A stretch of 64,000 nt of DNA from an uncultured Acidobacteriota bacterium (GTDB taxonomy: Bacteria; Acidobacteriota; Thermoanaerobaculia; Gp7-AA8), in contig CAWGHO010000002.1 of the NCBI GenBank assembly GCA_963822445.1, positions 1,472,001-1,536,000 of the forward strand, in the 5' to 3' direction. A program made the translations under genes and the position numbers. The notes beneath the pieces are model-generated. The model was given only the letters and a program-made list of their open reading frames with translations. It searched no databases and had not been told where the DNA came from. Shown piece by piece: positions 47,228 to 57,653 of this stretch. How positions within the stretch are numbered: position 1 is the stretch's first letter; every line of letters starts with the position of its first letter.

Positions 47228-47704
47228 TCAGCTCTCTTCGCGGATCTGCTGCGCGAGGTAGTTCTGCGCGCCGACCTGATCGATCAGCGCGAGCTGCGCC
47301 TCGATCCAGTCGACGTGCTCTTCTTCATCCTCGAGAATCTCTTCGAGCAGATGGCGGCTGTTGTTGTCGCCGAGCTCGCGGCAGGTCTCGATGCCCTTGT
47401 TCAGGCGCGGCAGGGCATGCATCTCCAGCGCGAGATCGACTTTCAGAATCTCGGGGACGTTCTCGCCGATGTTGATCTTGTCGAGCTTCTGCACGTTCGG
47501 GATGCCGTCGAGGAAGAGCACGCGCTCGATCAGTTCCTCGGCATGTTTCATCTCGCCGATGGAATGCTTGCGGATGACTTTCTGCAGCCGCTCGTAGCCC
47601 CAGTTCTCGCACATCTCCGCGTGCACGAAGTACTGGTTGATGGCGGTGAGCTCGGCGGTGAGAACGTCGTTGAGGATGTCGATGATGCGTTTGTCGCCTT
47701 TCAT
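47228..47704 (-). CDS. bfr: Bacterioferritin
   Basis: MKGD, ELTAINQYFVH, EMKHA (heme Met), EEEHVDW, NYLAQQI. Confidence 0.95.
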   Translation of the reverse strand: MKGDKRIIDILNDVLTAELTAINQYFVHAEMCENWGYERLQKVIRKHSIGEMKHAEELIERVLFLDGIPNVQKLDKINIGENVPEILKVDLALEMHALPRLNKGIETCRELGDNNSRHLLEEILEDEEEHVDWIEAQLALIDQVGAQNYLAQQIREES

Positions 47705-47714
47705 GGGCGCAACG

Positions 47715-47939
47715 CTACACCATCGCGGGCTGAGCGGTATCGGCGGGCGTGGTGCAGGCCGGGCAGGCTTCGGCCGAGGCAGCGGCGGCACGGGCGAGCA
47801 TTCCGCGCAGGGCGTTGTGGCAGGAGCCGCATTGATCGCCGATGCCGCACCGCTGAAGGTCGCGCAGCGACGACGCGCCGGCGTCGATCAGTTTGTTGAT
47901 CTCGCGGTCGGATTTGCCTCGGCAGATGCAGACGATCAT
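47715..47939 (-). CDS. bfd: Bacterioferritin-associated ferredoxin
   Basis: MIVCIC...QCGSC, immediately upstream of bfr. Confidence 0.88.
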   Translation of the reverse strand: MIVCICRGKSDREINKLIDAGASSLRDLQRCGIGDQCGSCHNALRGMLARAAAASAEACPACTTPADTAQPAMV

Positions 47940-47949
47940 GTTCGGTTCT

Positions 47950-48003
47950 GTTGAGACTGAGTCTCAGTACGTGCATCATCCCGCGTTCTTTTCCTTTCGT
48001 CAA
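47950..48003 (-). promoter_or_regulatory. bfd promoter (TTGACG-17-GATGAT) with putative Fur-family operator
   Basis: 7-1-7 palindrome at 47952-47966; the 20-mer is identical to 1675-1694. Confidence 0.72.
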
Positions 48004-48057
48004 TCGTTTCCTGCGGAGCGGCCGGAAATGGAACCCGGTTTGCACTAGGAAGCTGAT

Positions 48058-48594
48058 GTGAAACGTCTTCTGGCTCTTACACTTACGTGTCTTTTCTGGA
48101 GTCTCGGCGCGTCGGCCGAGCTCCGTCTCGAAGTCGACCTCTCCGATCGTCTATTGCGGGCCATCGTCGATGGCGAAGTGGTCCGCGAATACGCCGTTTC
48201 GGTGGGCAAGGACAAGTACCCGACCCCCGTGGGCGCATTCAAGGTTCGCAAAGTAGTCTTCAATCCGGCGTGGAAGCCGCCCGACTCGAAATGGGCGAAA
48301 GGCAAGACCGCCAAGCCGCCCGGGCACCCCGAGAATCCGATGAAGCTCGTGAAGATGTTCTTCCGCGAGCCCGACTACTACATCCACGGCACCGACGACG
48401 ACGACTCCCTCGGCGGAGCGGAATCGCACGGCTGTATCCGGATGAATACGGCGGACGTCGAGGAGCTCACGCGGCTGGTGATGGAGCACGGCGGCAAGCC
48501 GATGCCCGAGCCCTGGTACCGGCGGATCTTCCGCAGAAAGACGACGAAGGTCGTGTATCTGGAGATGGCCGTGCCGATGGAGATACGGAGTTAG
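48058..48594 (+). CDS. L,D-transpeptidase (YkuD family)
   Basis: Signal peptide, VSVGK...TPVG, YYIHGT...ESHGCIRM. Confidence 0.92.
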   Translation: MKRLLALTLTCLFWSLGASAELRLEVDLSDRLLRAIVDGEVVREYAVSVGKDKYPTPVGAFKVRKVVFNPAWKPPDSKWAKGKTAKPPGHPENPMKLVKMFFREPDYYIHGTDDDDSLGGAESHGCIRMNTADVEELTRLVMEHGGKPMPEPWYRRIFRRKTTKVVYLEMAVPMEIRS

Positions 48595-50799
48595 TCAGTC
48601 TTCTAAATCAAATATCGCCATGTAGCGCAGCGGATTCGGATACGGCGGATCCGCTGGCAACACCTCGGCGGGCAGCCCCAGCTCCGCCGCGAGCAACTCC
48701 GCTTCCTCGCGCATCTCCGAGCTGTCGATCCCCTCGGCGCGAGCGCGGCGAAGCTCGCGTTTCGCGGTATCGACATCGCCGGCCGCCAACGCCTCCCGCG
48801 CGCGGATCAGCGAGAGAACCGGCGCGAGCAGCGGTTCCTTTTCGATCGTCTCCGTGTTCCACGTCCGCCATCGGTCAGATCCGATGCGAATGGCGAGCAA
48901 GCGCAAGGCTGCCCATGGCGCGGCAGGTGGCTGAACGGACGCTGCCTCGTCGAGGCGGCGATCGCGGAGCTCGAAATCGCCGCTTCGCCACGCCGTGTAC
49001 GCCGCAAATGCCGACGCGTCGAAGATCCGCACCGACAATCCGAGCTGACGCGCGCGCGTCCCGGTCTGCCCGAATCGACGCTGTGCTTCATCGAGCTCGC
49101 CGAGGCGCAGCATGGCGATGCCGGCGAGCAATCTCGCCTCGAGCTCGATCGTTCCCAGCCCTTCATCCGCCGCACTGCTCGCCGACAGATCGAACAGCTC
49201 CCGCGCGCGTTTGATCTCGCCGCGGCTCCATGCGACACGCGCCTCGACGTACGCGCGGAACGGCGGCCGCGATTGCAGTCGCGTGCGACGCAAATCGCGC
49301 AGCGCTCCTGCCGTGTCACCGAGCGACGCGCGATCGGCGAGGACGAGCATCAACCGGCGGTCGTCGGGCTTGCTGACGTCGATGTGCTGCAGCTCGCGGC
49401 GTGCGGCCTCGCGGTCGCGCTGGCCGAGGAGGATGTGTGCCGCGGCGAGACGGAGGCGCCACGCGGCGGGACGGACCTCCAGCGCCGATTTCGCCAGCGC
49501 CAGCTCGTGATTCCGATCGCTGCTCGGTGTAGCGAGATACCGCGCGAGCAGCGACTCGTACGTCGTCGGCGATCCCGACTCGAGACGCGCGTAGGCTTTC
49601 GCGGCCCAGGCTCGCCCGTCTGCCGGTTTGCCGGCGGCGTCGGCGAAGCTCGATAGAAACGCCGCCGGAAACGCCGTTGACGAAGGTCTGCGCCACGCTT
49701 CCTCGAACAGCTCCACCGCTTTCGGTCGATTGCCTTCCGCGTCGGCGCGCAGGGCGAGCTCGATGAGGCCGCGCGTCTCCGAGTCCGCGCGAATGTCGGA
49801 CATGCGCAGGTCGTATCCATGATCGATCTGACGCGCGCGCGATCGCTGAACGAAGAACGCGGCGGCGCCGGCGATGATCGCCGCGGCGATGACAGCCATC
49901 GCGATCCATCGTCGCGACTTCGGTCTCGGCAAACGTCGCGTCGGCCCCTGGCCGTCGAGCACCGCGCGGATCTCGCTCGCAAGCTCGCCGGCGTTCGCCA
50001 ATCGCTCGGAGCCCCTTTTGGCGAGGCAGTGCTGCACGATCACGTCGATGTCGCGGAGCAGCGACTCGCCGGTGTCCTGCAGGCGCGGCGCGGGATCGTG
50101 CAGCACGGCGACCATTTGCGAGATCGCCGAGCCGCGCTCGAAGGGCAGGCGGCCGGTGACCATTTCGTACAGCACACAGCCGAGGGCGAAGACGTCGGTT
50201 GCCGCGGTGACGCCGCGGGCTTCGATCTGCTCCGGCGCGGCGTAGCCCATCGTGCCGAGGACCACGCCGGGCTCGGTCGGCAGAATCTCCGTCGGTGAAT
50301 GAGCGCCGGTGGTGATTGGTCCGGTCCCGCCGCGGGCGAGACCGAAATCGAGAACTTTCACGCGACCGCTGGTGGTCATGAAGATGTTCTCCGGCTTGAG
50401 ATCGCGATGAACGATGCCGCGCGCGTGCGCCGCGGCGACACCATCGGCGATCTGGAGCATGACCTCGAGCGCCTCGCGCGACGTCAGTCGCGACCGCGCC
50501 ATCCGCGCGCGAAGCGTTTCGCCTTCGAGCAGTTCCGTGACCGCATAGTCGACGCCGTTTTCGGAGCCGACGTCGAAGATGGCCAGGATGTTCGGATGCG
50601 AAAGTGCCGCGACGGCGCGGGCCTCGCGGCGAAAACGCTCCAGCGCTTTCTCATCGCCGGCCAGCTCCGGCGGCAGCACTTTGATCGCGACTTCACGCTC
50701 GAGCCGCGAGTCGTGCGCGCGATAAACCTCCCCCATGCCGCCGGCGCCGAGGAGGCCGACGATCGTGTACGGGCCGAGGCGGGTGTCGGGGGCGAGCAA
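48595..50799 (-). CDS. Hanks-type Ser/Thr kinase with TM and TPR-like helical C-terminal region (start approximate, TTG 50799)
   Basis: LGAGGMGEVY, VAIK, HRDLKPEN, DFGLA, APE. The track's extension to 51156 overlaps another gene. Confidence 0.88.
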   Translation of the reverse strand: MLAPDTRLGPYTIVGLLGAGGMGEVYRAHDSRLEREVAIKVLPPELAGDEKALERFRREARAVAALSHPNILAIFDVGSENGVDYAVTELLEGETLRARMARSRLTSREALEVMLQIADGVAAAHARGIVHRDLKPENIFMTTSGRVKVLDFGLARGGTGPITTGAHSPTEILPTEPGVVLGTMGYAAPEQIEARGVTAATDVFALGCVLYEMVTGRLPFERGSAISQMVAVLHDPAPRLQDTGESLLRDIDVIVQHCLAKRGSERLANAGELASEIRAVLDGQGPTRRLPRPKSRRWIAMAVIAAAIIAGAAAFFVQRSRARQIDHGYDLRMSDIRADSETRGLIELALRADAEGNRPKAVELFEEAWRRPSSTAFPAAFLSSFADAAGKPADGRAWAAKAYARLESGSPTTYESLLARYLATPSSDRNHELALAKSALEVRPAAWRLRLAAAHILLGQRDREAARRELQHIDVSKPDDRRLMLVLADRASLGDTAGALRDLRRTRLQSRPPFRAYVEARVAWSRGEIKRARELFDLSASSAADEGLGTIELEARLLAGIAMLRLGELDEAQRRFGQTGTRARQLGLSVRIFDASAFAAYTAWRSGDFELRDRRLDEAASVQPPAAPWAALRLLAIRIGSDRWRTWNTETIEKEPLLAPVLSLIRAREALAAGDVDTAKRELRRARAEGIDSSEMREEAELLAAELGLPAEVLPADPPYPNPLRYMAIFDLED

Positions 50800-50883
50800 T
50801 GAGGGAAGGATAGACCTCCTGCGGCAGGGGGTCCTTCGGTGTCTGCGCGCCTCAGGATGACAGCGTGTGGGTATCCTTAATTC

Positions 50884-51507
50884 ATGAAGCGATTCATACG
50901 GGTGGCCGACGGCTTCTATCCAAACCCGGATGCGGTCCGGAAACGCGCGCTGTCGATGACCTACACCGAGCCGGAAAACCTGGTGGGATGGCGCACGAAG
51001 GCTTATCAGCCGCGCGGGATCAAGGAACGCATCGAGAAGCGATTCAGCCTGCGCATTCCGTACTGGGAAGAAGACGTGAACGCGATCGAAGCATGCAACG
51101 GCGTGTTCTTCACCAGTTACGCGAAAGGCGATCGCGGCGAGACCGTGGGGATTCATTACGACGACCCGCTGCCGTGGGTGATGTTCCTGATCTACCTCAC
51201 CCCGAAAGCGCCGTATGACGCCGGCACCTCACTGTGGCAGCACAAAAGCACCGGCCTCATGAAACCGCCGACGCCGACCGAAGCGAGGGAACGGGGATCC
51301 ACGGTCGAGAAGCTGCTGGCGATCCTCGAGCGCGACTCGCGCGTCCGCAGCCGCTGGACGGAGATCGACCGGGTCGGCAACGTCTTCAATCGCGCGGTGA
51401 TGTTTCCCGGCGGCTTCTATCACTCCGCGTCGCGCCACTTCGGTTCGGGGCTTCGTGACGGCCGCATCTATCAGTCTTTTCACTTTCCTGTGAAACTACT
51501 CGGCTAG
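50884..51507 (+). CDS. DUF6445-like putative 2OG-Fe(II) oxygenase
   Basis: DGFYPNPDAVR, IHYD, IYLTP, GTSLW, NVFNRAVMF...HSA, distal R (HxD...H...R triad). Confidence 0.7.
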   Translation: MKRFIRVADGFYPNPDAVRKRALSMTYTEPENLVGWRTKAYQPRGIKERIEKRFSLRIPYWEEDVNAIEACNGVFFTSYAKGDRGETVGIHYDDPLPWVMFLIYLTPKAPYDAGTSLWQHKSTGLMKPPTPTEARERGSTVEKLLAILERDSRVRSRWTEIDRVGNVFNRAVMFPGGFYHSASRHFGSGLRDGRIYQSFHFPVKLLG

Positions 51508-52392
51508 ATGCGTAATCGCGACACGACGAGAACTGTTCTTTTCGCGGAGGTGCAGGCGGCGATCAGCGAGGCCTGTCTGGTCCTGATCTACGGCGCGTCC
51601 GACCTGGGCAAGCGCTTCGAGCTGAAGAAAGACATAACCATCGGCCGCGATCGCTCGAACGACATCGTCATCGAGGCCTCGGACGTCTCGCGCCAGCACG
51701 CGCGCGTCGAGCGGCGCGAAAAAGGCGAGTGGTGGATCACCGATCTCGCCAGCCGCAACGGCACGCGCCGCAACGGGACGGCACTGACGGGGACGGTCAC
51801 GATGGCCAACGGCGATCTGATCGCCATCGGCGGGGTGATCTTCAAGTACATCGCCGGCGGCAACGTCGAGGCGCTGTTCCACGAAGAGATCTATCGCATG
51901 ACGATCTTCGATGGCCTGACCAAGGTCGCGAACAAGCGTTACCTGCTGGAGTTCCTGGAGCGCGAGATCGCGCGCGCCTTGCGCTACGGCTCGCGGCTGT
52001 CGCTGGCCATGATCGACATCGATCTGTTCAAAGGCATCAACGACAAGCACGGCCACCCGGCCGGCGATCTCGTGCTCGAGCAACTGGCCGCTTCGCTGGG
52101 CGCCATCGTTCGGCGCGAGCAGCTTCTGGCGCGCTACGGCGGCGAGGAGTTCGCGGTGGTCATGCCCGAGCTCGACAAGCCGGAGCTGAAGGCGTTCTGC
52201 GAGAAGCTCCGCGCCACGGCCGAGGCGGAGGTCTTCGAGTTCCGAGGCGAGCGCATCCCCGTGACGATCAGTATCGGCGCGGCGATGTTCGAGCCGGAAA
52301 TGACCCGCGACGACCTGATCGTGCGCGCCGACGAGCAGTTGTATAGGGCGAAGAGGGCGGGGAGGAATCGGGTGGTGATTGCCGGAGAGTGA
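51508..52392 (+). CDS. FHA-GGDEF diguanylate cyclase
   Basis: IGR, VSRQHA, SRNGT; DGLTKVANKR, RYGGEEF. Confidence 0.92.
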   Translation: MRNRDTTRTVLFAEVQAAISEACLVLIYGASDLGKRFELKKDITIGRDRSNDIVIEASDVSRQHARVERREKGEWWITDLASRNGTRRNGTALTGTVTMANGDLIAIGGVIFKYIAGGNVEALFHEEIYRMTIFDGLTKVANKRYLLEFLEREIARALRYGSRLSLAMIDIDLFKGINDKHGHPAGDLVLEQLAASLGAIVRREQLLARYGGEEFAVVMPELDKPELKAFCEKLRATAEAEVFEFRGERIPVTISIGAAMFEPEMTRDDLIVRADEQLYRAKRAGRNRVVIAGE

Positions 52393-52394
52393 TG

Positions 52395-52465
52395 GTTACG
52401 GGGTTTCGAGGTTGCGGGGTTTCGGGGTGGCACCTCGTAACCTCGTAACCCCGAAACCTCGTAAC
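52395..52465. repeat. Inverted arrays of 8-mer repeats (GTTDCGRG / CYCGWAAC)
   Basis: Directly visible; same family as 45813-45884. Confidence 0.75.
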
Positions 52466-52500
52466 AGCGCGATACTCGTGGCGCTCGGGAGCCCTTCGCA

Positions 52501-53859
52501 ATGAATTTCCGCCAGTTCTACCTCGGCTGTCTCGCCCATGCGTCCTACTTCATCGCGTCGGACGGTGAGGCGGTGGTCGTCGATCCGCAGCGCGATGTGC
52601 AGCAGTATCTCGACGAGGCGGCGAGCACGGGCTCGCGAATCCGCTACATCATCGAGACCCACCTTCACGCGGATTTCGTGAGCGGGCATCGCGAGCTTGC
52701 GGAGTGCACCGGTGCGGAGATCGTGTTCGGCGCGGCGGCGAACGCGGAGTTTCCGCATCGCGCGGTTCGTGATGGCGAGGAGTTGCGCGTCGGGAATGTC
52801 GTTCTTCGCGCGCTCGAAACGCCGGGGCACACGCCGGAGAGCATTTCCTGGGTGGTGATCGACGAGGACAAGCAGCGCGTGCTGACCGGCGACACTCTGT
52901 TCATCGGCGACGTCGGCCGCCCCGATCTCGCCGGCAGCCGCGGCTACACCTCGGAACAGATGGCGGGGATGCTCTACGACTCGCTGCACGGCAAGCTGCT
53001 CGCGCTCGGCGATGACGTCGAAGTGTGGCCGGCCCACGGTGCGGGGTCGGCCTGCGGGAAGAACATCTCCAACGAGCGCTGGTCGACGATCGGCGTGCAG
53101 CGCAGGGTCAACTACGCGTTGCAGCCGATGCCGCGCGAGGCCTTCGTGAAGATGATGACCGCCGATCTGCCGCCCGCGCCGCGCTACTTTCCGATGGATG
53201 CGGAGATCAACCGCCGCGGCGCGCGTCCTTTGCACGAGATCGCGGCGCCGGCACTCACGCCGGATCAGATGCAGGAGAAGATCGATCAGGGCGCGCTGGT
53301 CCTCGACGTGCGCGATGCGACGGCCTTCGGAACCGCGCACATCCCGGGGTCGATCAACATCGGACTGCGCGGGCAGTACGCATCGTGGGCCGGAACACTC
53401 GTCTCGAAAGACGACACCCTCCTCATCCTCGCCTCAGGTCGCGCGGAAGCGGAAGAAGCGGTGATGCGCCTCGCGCGCGTCGGGCTGGAGAACGTCGCGG
53501 GCTGGCTGGATGGGGGAATCGCGGCGTGGTGCGAATCCGGTCGCAGCGCCAAGACGCTGCCGCAGATCGACGTCGATGAGTTGCGCACGCGACTGCCGGA
53601 GCTGAGCGTGCTCGACGTGCGTCGACGCGGCGAGTACAGCGACGGACACGTTCCCGACGCCATGAACGTGCCCCTCGACGAGCTTTCCGAGCGTCTCGAC
53701 GCGCTCGATCCTTCCAAACCCCTCGCGGTGATCTGCGCCGGCGGCTATCGATCCTCCGCCGCGGCGAGCATCCTCCAGCGCCGCAACTTTCCGGCGCTGT
53801 TCAACGTGATCGGCGGAACAGGCGCATGGGTGGCGGCGGGATTTGAGACGCAGGCCTAG
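52501..53859 (+). CDS. MBL-fold persulfide dioxygenase-like protein with two rhodanese domains (CstB-like)
   Basis: THLHADFVSG, TPGHT, TGDTLF, PAHGAGSACG, rhodanese ICAGGYRS. Confidence 0.9.
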   Translation: MNFRQFYLGCLAHASYFIASDGEAVVVDPQRDVQQYLDEAASTGSRIRYIIETHLHADFVSGHRELAECTGAEIVFGAAANAEFPHRAVRDGEELRVGNVVLRALETPGHTPESISWVVIDEDKQRVLTGDTLFIGDVGRPDLAGSRGYTSEQMAGMLYDSLHGKLLALGDDVEVWPAHGAGSACGKNISNERWSTIGVQRRVNYALQPMPREAFVKMMTADLPPAPRYFPMDAEINRRGARPLHEIAAPALTPDQMQEKIDQGALVLDVRDATAFGTAHIPGSINIGLRGQYASWAGTLVSKDDTLLILASGRAEAEEAVMRLARVGLENVAGWLDGGIAAWCESGRSAKTLPQIDVDELRTRLPELSVLDVRRRGEYSDGHVPDAMNVPLDELSERLDALDPSKPLAVICAGGYRSSAAASILQRRNFPALFNVIGGTGAWVAAGFETQA

Positions 53860-56504
53860 CGGAAGTTCCTGATCAGCACCGCGTCGCGCGACAACACGCC
53901 GCGCGTGACCGCCAGCGTCTTCCCATCGGGAGCGACGTCGAAGCGCAGCACGTACTGATCGTCGAAACGGGTGACCTTCCGCGGCGGCGAGCCATCCAGC
54001 GGGTGGAGCCAGATGTTCATCCGTTCGTTCAGGCCGGCGTTGTGAAGCAGGGCCTTGCCGTCCGCGGTCCAGTGGACGAAGGACGAAGCGGTTACGCTGA
54101 CGTTCTCGATCGTCGCCGGGTTGCCGCCGTCGATATCGGCCACGCCGATCGCGCCGGGCGCGATGAAGGCGATCTTCCTGCCGTCCGGCGAGACGGAGGC
54201 CCGCTCGGATTCGGAGCGCGTGACCGGCACCGGCGTGCCGCCATCGATCGATACTTTCCAGATCCGCTTCACGCCGTCGGCGCTCGATCCGAACAGGACC
54301 CAGCGATCGTCAGGGGTGATGGCCGGGAGCTGCGCGCTCGGCGATGCGACCGTGGCGAGGATGCGGATGTCTCCGCCCTCGCGATTCATGCGCGCGAGCA
54401 CGGCGTCGCGCTCGCGAAACATGATGAAGACGATCGTTTTTCCGTCGCCGGTCACCGTGGGGCCGACCGACCCGAACTCCGAATCGCTGAGCTTCCGCTT
54501 GTTGCGGCTGCCGTCGAGCGACCAGATGCTCCACTTGCCGCTTTCGAACGAGCCATAAATCACGGAGCCGTCGGGCGCGACCGCGACGCCTCCATGTCCG
54601 TCGTAGCGCCCGTCGGACAGCTTCTCCGCGGGAGCCGTCGCGTCGACGGTGGTTCTCCAGATCGCGGTGTTCGTATCCGACGCCACGGCCAGCAGAGTCT
54701 GGCCATCACGCGAGACAGTGACCGCTCGATAGTCGAAAAGATCGTTCGTGATCTGCCGTGCACTCTTCCCATCGCCCTGCACGAACCAGATCTGGGACCC
54801 CGTGCCTCGGCGCGATCCGGCCGCGCTGACTACGAGGCCGCCGCCGTCATGCAGCGAGGCGATGCTTGCCGGAAACCTCAATCCCTCTGTCGTCAGTTCA
54901 CGTACCGCCGCCGTGTCGACGTCGACGGCGATCAGCTTCGAGTCGCCGCCGATCCGCAGCGGCGAGGCGATCGATTTGCCATCAGACGACCACTCCGGCC
55001 CTCCCCAGAAAACCGGCGCGAGAAACTCCGGCGGCGATTTCTGGAGGATCGTCTTTTCGCCGGTGCCGTCCGCGTTGGCGATTACGATCGAGCTGTCCCC
55101 TGCCTTCGGCGCATGAATCCGATGGAAGGCGACCTTCGCCCCGTCCGGCGAGAACGTGACCGCGCTCTCGATGTTCGTGAGCACCCGCCGCGGCTGTCCG
55201 CCGAGAATCGGAATCTGGTACAGCGTCCCCTGCCGATCGCCGGAGCCGGTGGCCTTGACCGTGTAATAGATCGATCGCGAGTCAGGTGAAAACTTCAGGC
55301 CCCACACACCCATCGCGGCCGGAGGAACCAGCTGCAAAGCGCTACCCGACGCGAGCTGGCGCACCCACAGACTGTGTTTGCCGGCATCGGAGTAGGCGTA
55401 GGCGATGTACTCGCCGTCGGGCGAGATCGCTGAGCCGATGACGTTCCCGCTCATCGTCACCCGCTCGATCGACATCGCACCTTGCGCCGGCGCCGCTGCA
55501 ACGGCCTGCGCGGCCGGACGTTTGCGCACCGCCAGCACGCCCAGAATCGCCGCCATCGCGATCGCGGCAAAGGCGATCCACGCCGGCCAGCCTTGGACGC
55601 GCGTGGCCGCCGGCGGCGGCGTTTCGCGAATGCCGCTCATCCGCGGCTGCGAGCTCAGATCGCTCTTCAGCTCGCGCAGATCGATGGCCAGGTCTTTCGC
55701 CGACTGGTATCGCTGCTCCTGATCCTTCGCCAGGGTCTTGCGGACGATGCGCTGCAGCTCGCGCGGCGCGTCCGGCGCCTTCTCCTCGAGCGGCGGCGGC
55801 TCGGAGTAGATGATCTTGTGCAGCGTGTCGATGGACGAGTCGCCGATGAACGGCCGCCGCCCGGTCACACATTCATAGAGGACGCAACCGATCGAGAAGA
55901 TGTCCGAGCGGTGATCGACGTCCGCGCCGCTGGCCTGCTCCGGCGACATGTAGCCGACCGTGCCCAGGACCGCGCCGGGCGTCGTGCTCATCACCGCGGT
56001 CTTCGTTTCGGGGTCCGGTTCGCGCGCGATCTCGTGCAGTTTGGCCAGGCCGAAGTCGAGGATCTTCGCGAAGCCGTTGCGCGCGATCACGATGTTCTCC
56101 GGCTTGAGATCGCGATGGGTGATTCCGGCGGCGTGGGCGGTGGCGATGCCATCGGCGATCTGCGCGATCCATTCGAGTGCGCGCGGTAGATCGGGACGTC
56201 CGCGGCCGAGGACCTCGCGGAGGGTCTCCCCTTCGACGAGCTCCATGGCGATGAAGTGGCCGCCTTCCGGCAGCTCGCCTACTTCGTAAATCGTCACGAC
56301 GTTTGGATGGTTGAGGCTCGAAGCGGTGCGGGCCTCGCGCATGAACCGTCCCAGGCGCTCGGGGTCGGCGACGACGCGAGGATCGAGGACCTTCACCGCG
56401 GCCGCGCGGCCGAGCGAGGTGTCGAAGGCTTTGTAGACCCGGCCCATGCCGCCTTCGCCGAGGAGCGAGTCGATGCGATAGCGGCCGACTGTCGATCCGA
56501 TCAT
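53856..56504 (-). CDS. Hanks-type Ser/Thr kinase with TM and TolB-like (PD40) beta-propeller
   Basis: LGEGGMGRVY, HRDLKPEN, DFGLAK, YMSPEQ; repeated SPDG motifs. Confidence 0.92.
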   Translation of the reverse strand: MIGSTVGRYRIDSLLGEGGMGRVYKAFDTSLGRAAAVKVLDPRVVADPERLGRFMREARTASSLNHPNVVTIYEVGELPEGGHFIAMELVEGETLREVLGRGRPDLPRALEWIAQIADGIATAHAAGITHRDLKPENIVIARNGFAKILDFGLAKLHEIAREPDPETKTAVMSTTPGAVLGTVGYMSPEQASGADVDHRSDIFSIGCVLYECVTGRRPFIGDSSIDTLHKIIYSEPPPLEEKAPDAPRELQRIVRKTLAKDQEQRYQSAKDLAIDLRELKSDLSSQPRMSGIRETPPPAATRVQGWPAWIAFAAIAMAAILGVLAVRKRPAAQAVAAAPAQGAMSIERVTMSGNVIGSAISPDGEYIAYAYSDAGKHSLWVRQLASGSALQLVPPAAMGVWGLKFSPDSRSIYYTVKATGSGDRQGTLYQIPILGGQPRRVLTNIESAVTFSPDGAKVAFHRIHAPKAGDSSIVIANADGTGEKTILQKSPPEFLAPVFWGGPEWSSDGKSIASPLRIGGDSKLIAVDVDTAAVRELTTEGLRFPASIASLHDGGGLVVSAAGSRRGTGSQIWFVQGDGKSARQITNDLFDYRAVTVSRDGQTLLAVASDTNTAIWRTTVDATAPAEKLSDGRYDGHGGVAVAPDGSVIYGSFESGKWSIWSLDGSRNKRKLSDSEFGSVGPTVTGDGKTIVFIMFRERDAVLARMNREGGDIRILATVASPSAQLPAITPDDRWVLFGSSADGVKRIWKVSIDGGTPVPVTRSESERASVSPDGRKIAFIAPGAIGVADIDGGNPATIENVSVTASSFVHWTADGKALLHNAGLNERMNIWLHPLDGSPPRKVTRFDDQYVLRFDVAPDGKTLAVTRGVLSRDAVLIRNFR

Positions 56505-56519
56505 GCGGTGGCGCTGATT

Positions 56520-57653
56520 CTACGTGGGAGTGGCCGCGGGGCAGCCGCGCTCGCGCAGGTCGCGCACGACCGCATCGACGCCGTCCCGAACGATGTTGCC
56601 GCGCGAATGGCGGCAGAACGGACAGGCGTGCGCGTCGCCGTTCGTGTCGAGGTAGAGATAGCGCTCGGCCGCTCCGAGACAGCCGTGGCGGCGCTGGTAG
56701 AGCGCGGGATAGGTGACGATCGGGCCGCTCGCGTTCGCGGGATCGAAATTCATCCAGTCGCTGAAGGCCTCCAGCGTCCGCAATTCATTCGCCGAGAGCA
56801 GAACGTCGCGGCCCTCATAGTGACCGACGGCCCGCGGTTCCATGATCTGGATGAACGCCGCGCCTTTCGATCGCGCCAGCTCCGCGTAGCGTTCCAGCTG
56901 GTCGCGCGTCGCGAGCTCTCGCGTCGGACAAACGCTGAAGGCGACGATGAGGCCCGCGGCTTTCGCATGCCCGGCCGCGGCCATGGCCGCGTCGAATGCG
57001 CCGCGGCGGCCGCGAAAGGCATCGTGCTGCTCGCCGTTCCAGTGATCGACGCTGATCACCACGCCGGTGAATTGCGAGGCGGCGAGGTCGCGGGCGATCG
57101 ATTCGGTGAGGCCGACGCCGGAGGTGATGATCCAGCAGTCGATGGTGTTCCCGGCATCGGCCGCGGCGTGAAGAAGATCGCCAACACGGCGCATCGGCTC
57201 GCCGCCGGTGAAGAAGATCTGGGTCACGCCCCGGGCGCGCAGGCTTTCAACGATGTCGCGAAGATCCGCCCGGCTCAGCGCCTCGGCATGATTGAGGTTC
57301 TCCCACTCGCAGCAATGCTCGCAGCGCAGCGGGCACTCTTTGGTGATGGCCACGATCGCCGTCTGCAGCACGTTGCCGCTGGTGCGATCGACGTTGCGGC
57401 GGATCTCCTGCGCGAGAAAGCGCTCGGAGGCGGGCGAGGGAAAACAGGGCGCGTAGATGTCGAATGTGTAGCGCGAGCCGCTGCGAACGACTTTGCGCAG
57501 CACGTTTCCCGCGCGTGTGGCCGCGGTGAAGCGTCGAAGACCGCGCAGGGCGGTGATCGAGCCGCGCAGACCGTGGCCGCGCACAGCCGTCATCACGGCC
57601 TTCAGCCACAACGCGGCGATGACCCGCCGAAAGCGCCACCCGTTGACGATCAC
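56520..57653 (-). CDS. Radical SAM protein with SPASM/twitch-like C-terminus
   Basis: CPLRCEHC (CxxxCxxC), FTGGEP, C-terminal GCLGA...GDAHACPFC...GC. GTG 57653 overlaps the upstream stop. Confidence 0.88.
   Translation of the reverse strand: MIVNGWRFRRVIAALWLKAVMTAVRGHGLRGSITALRGLRRFTAATRAGNVLRKVVRSGSRYTFDIYAPCFPSPASERFLAQEIRRNVDRTSGNVLQTAIVAITKECPLRCEHCCEWENLNHAEALSRADLRDIVESLRARGVTQIFFTGGEPMRRVGDLLHAAADAGNTIDCWIITSGVGLTESIARDLAASQFTGVVISVDHWNGEQHDAFRGRRGAFDAAMAAAGHAKAAGLIVAFSVCPTRELATRDQLERYAELARSKGAAFIQIMEPRAVGHYEGRDVLLSANELRTLEAFSDWMNFDPANASGPIVTYPALYQRRHGCLGAAERYLYLDTNGDAHACPFCRHSRGNIVRDGVDAVVRDLRERGCPAATPT

Noticed and set aside
50800-51156. N-terminal extension of the kinase in the track
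   Set aside because: Overlaps the divergent DUF6445-like gene; the kinase domain starts near 50799.
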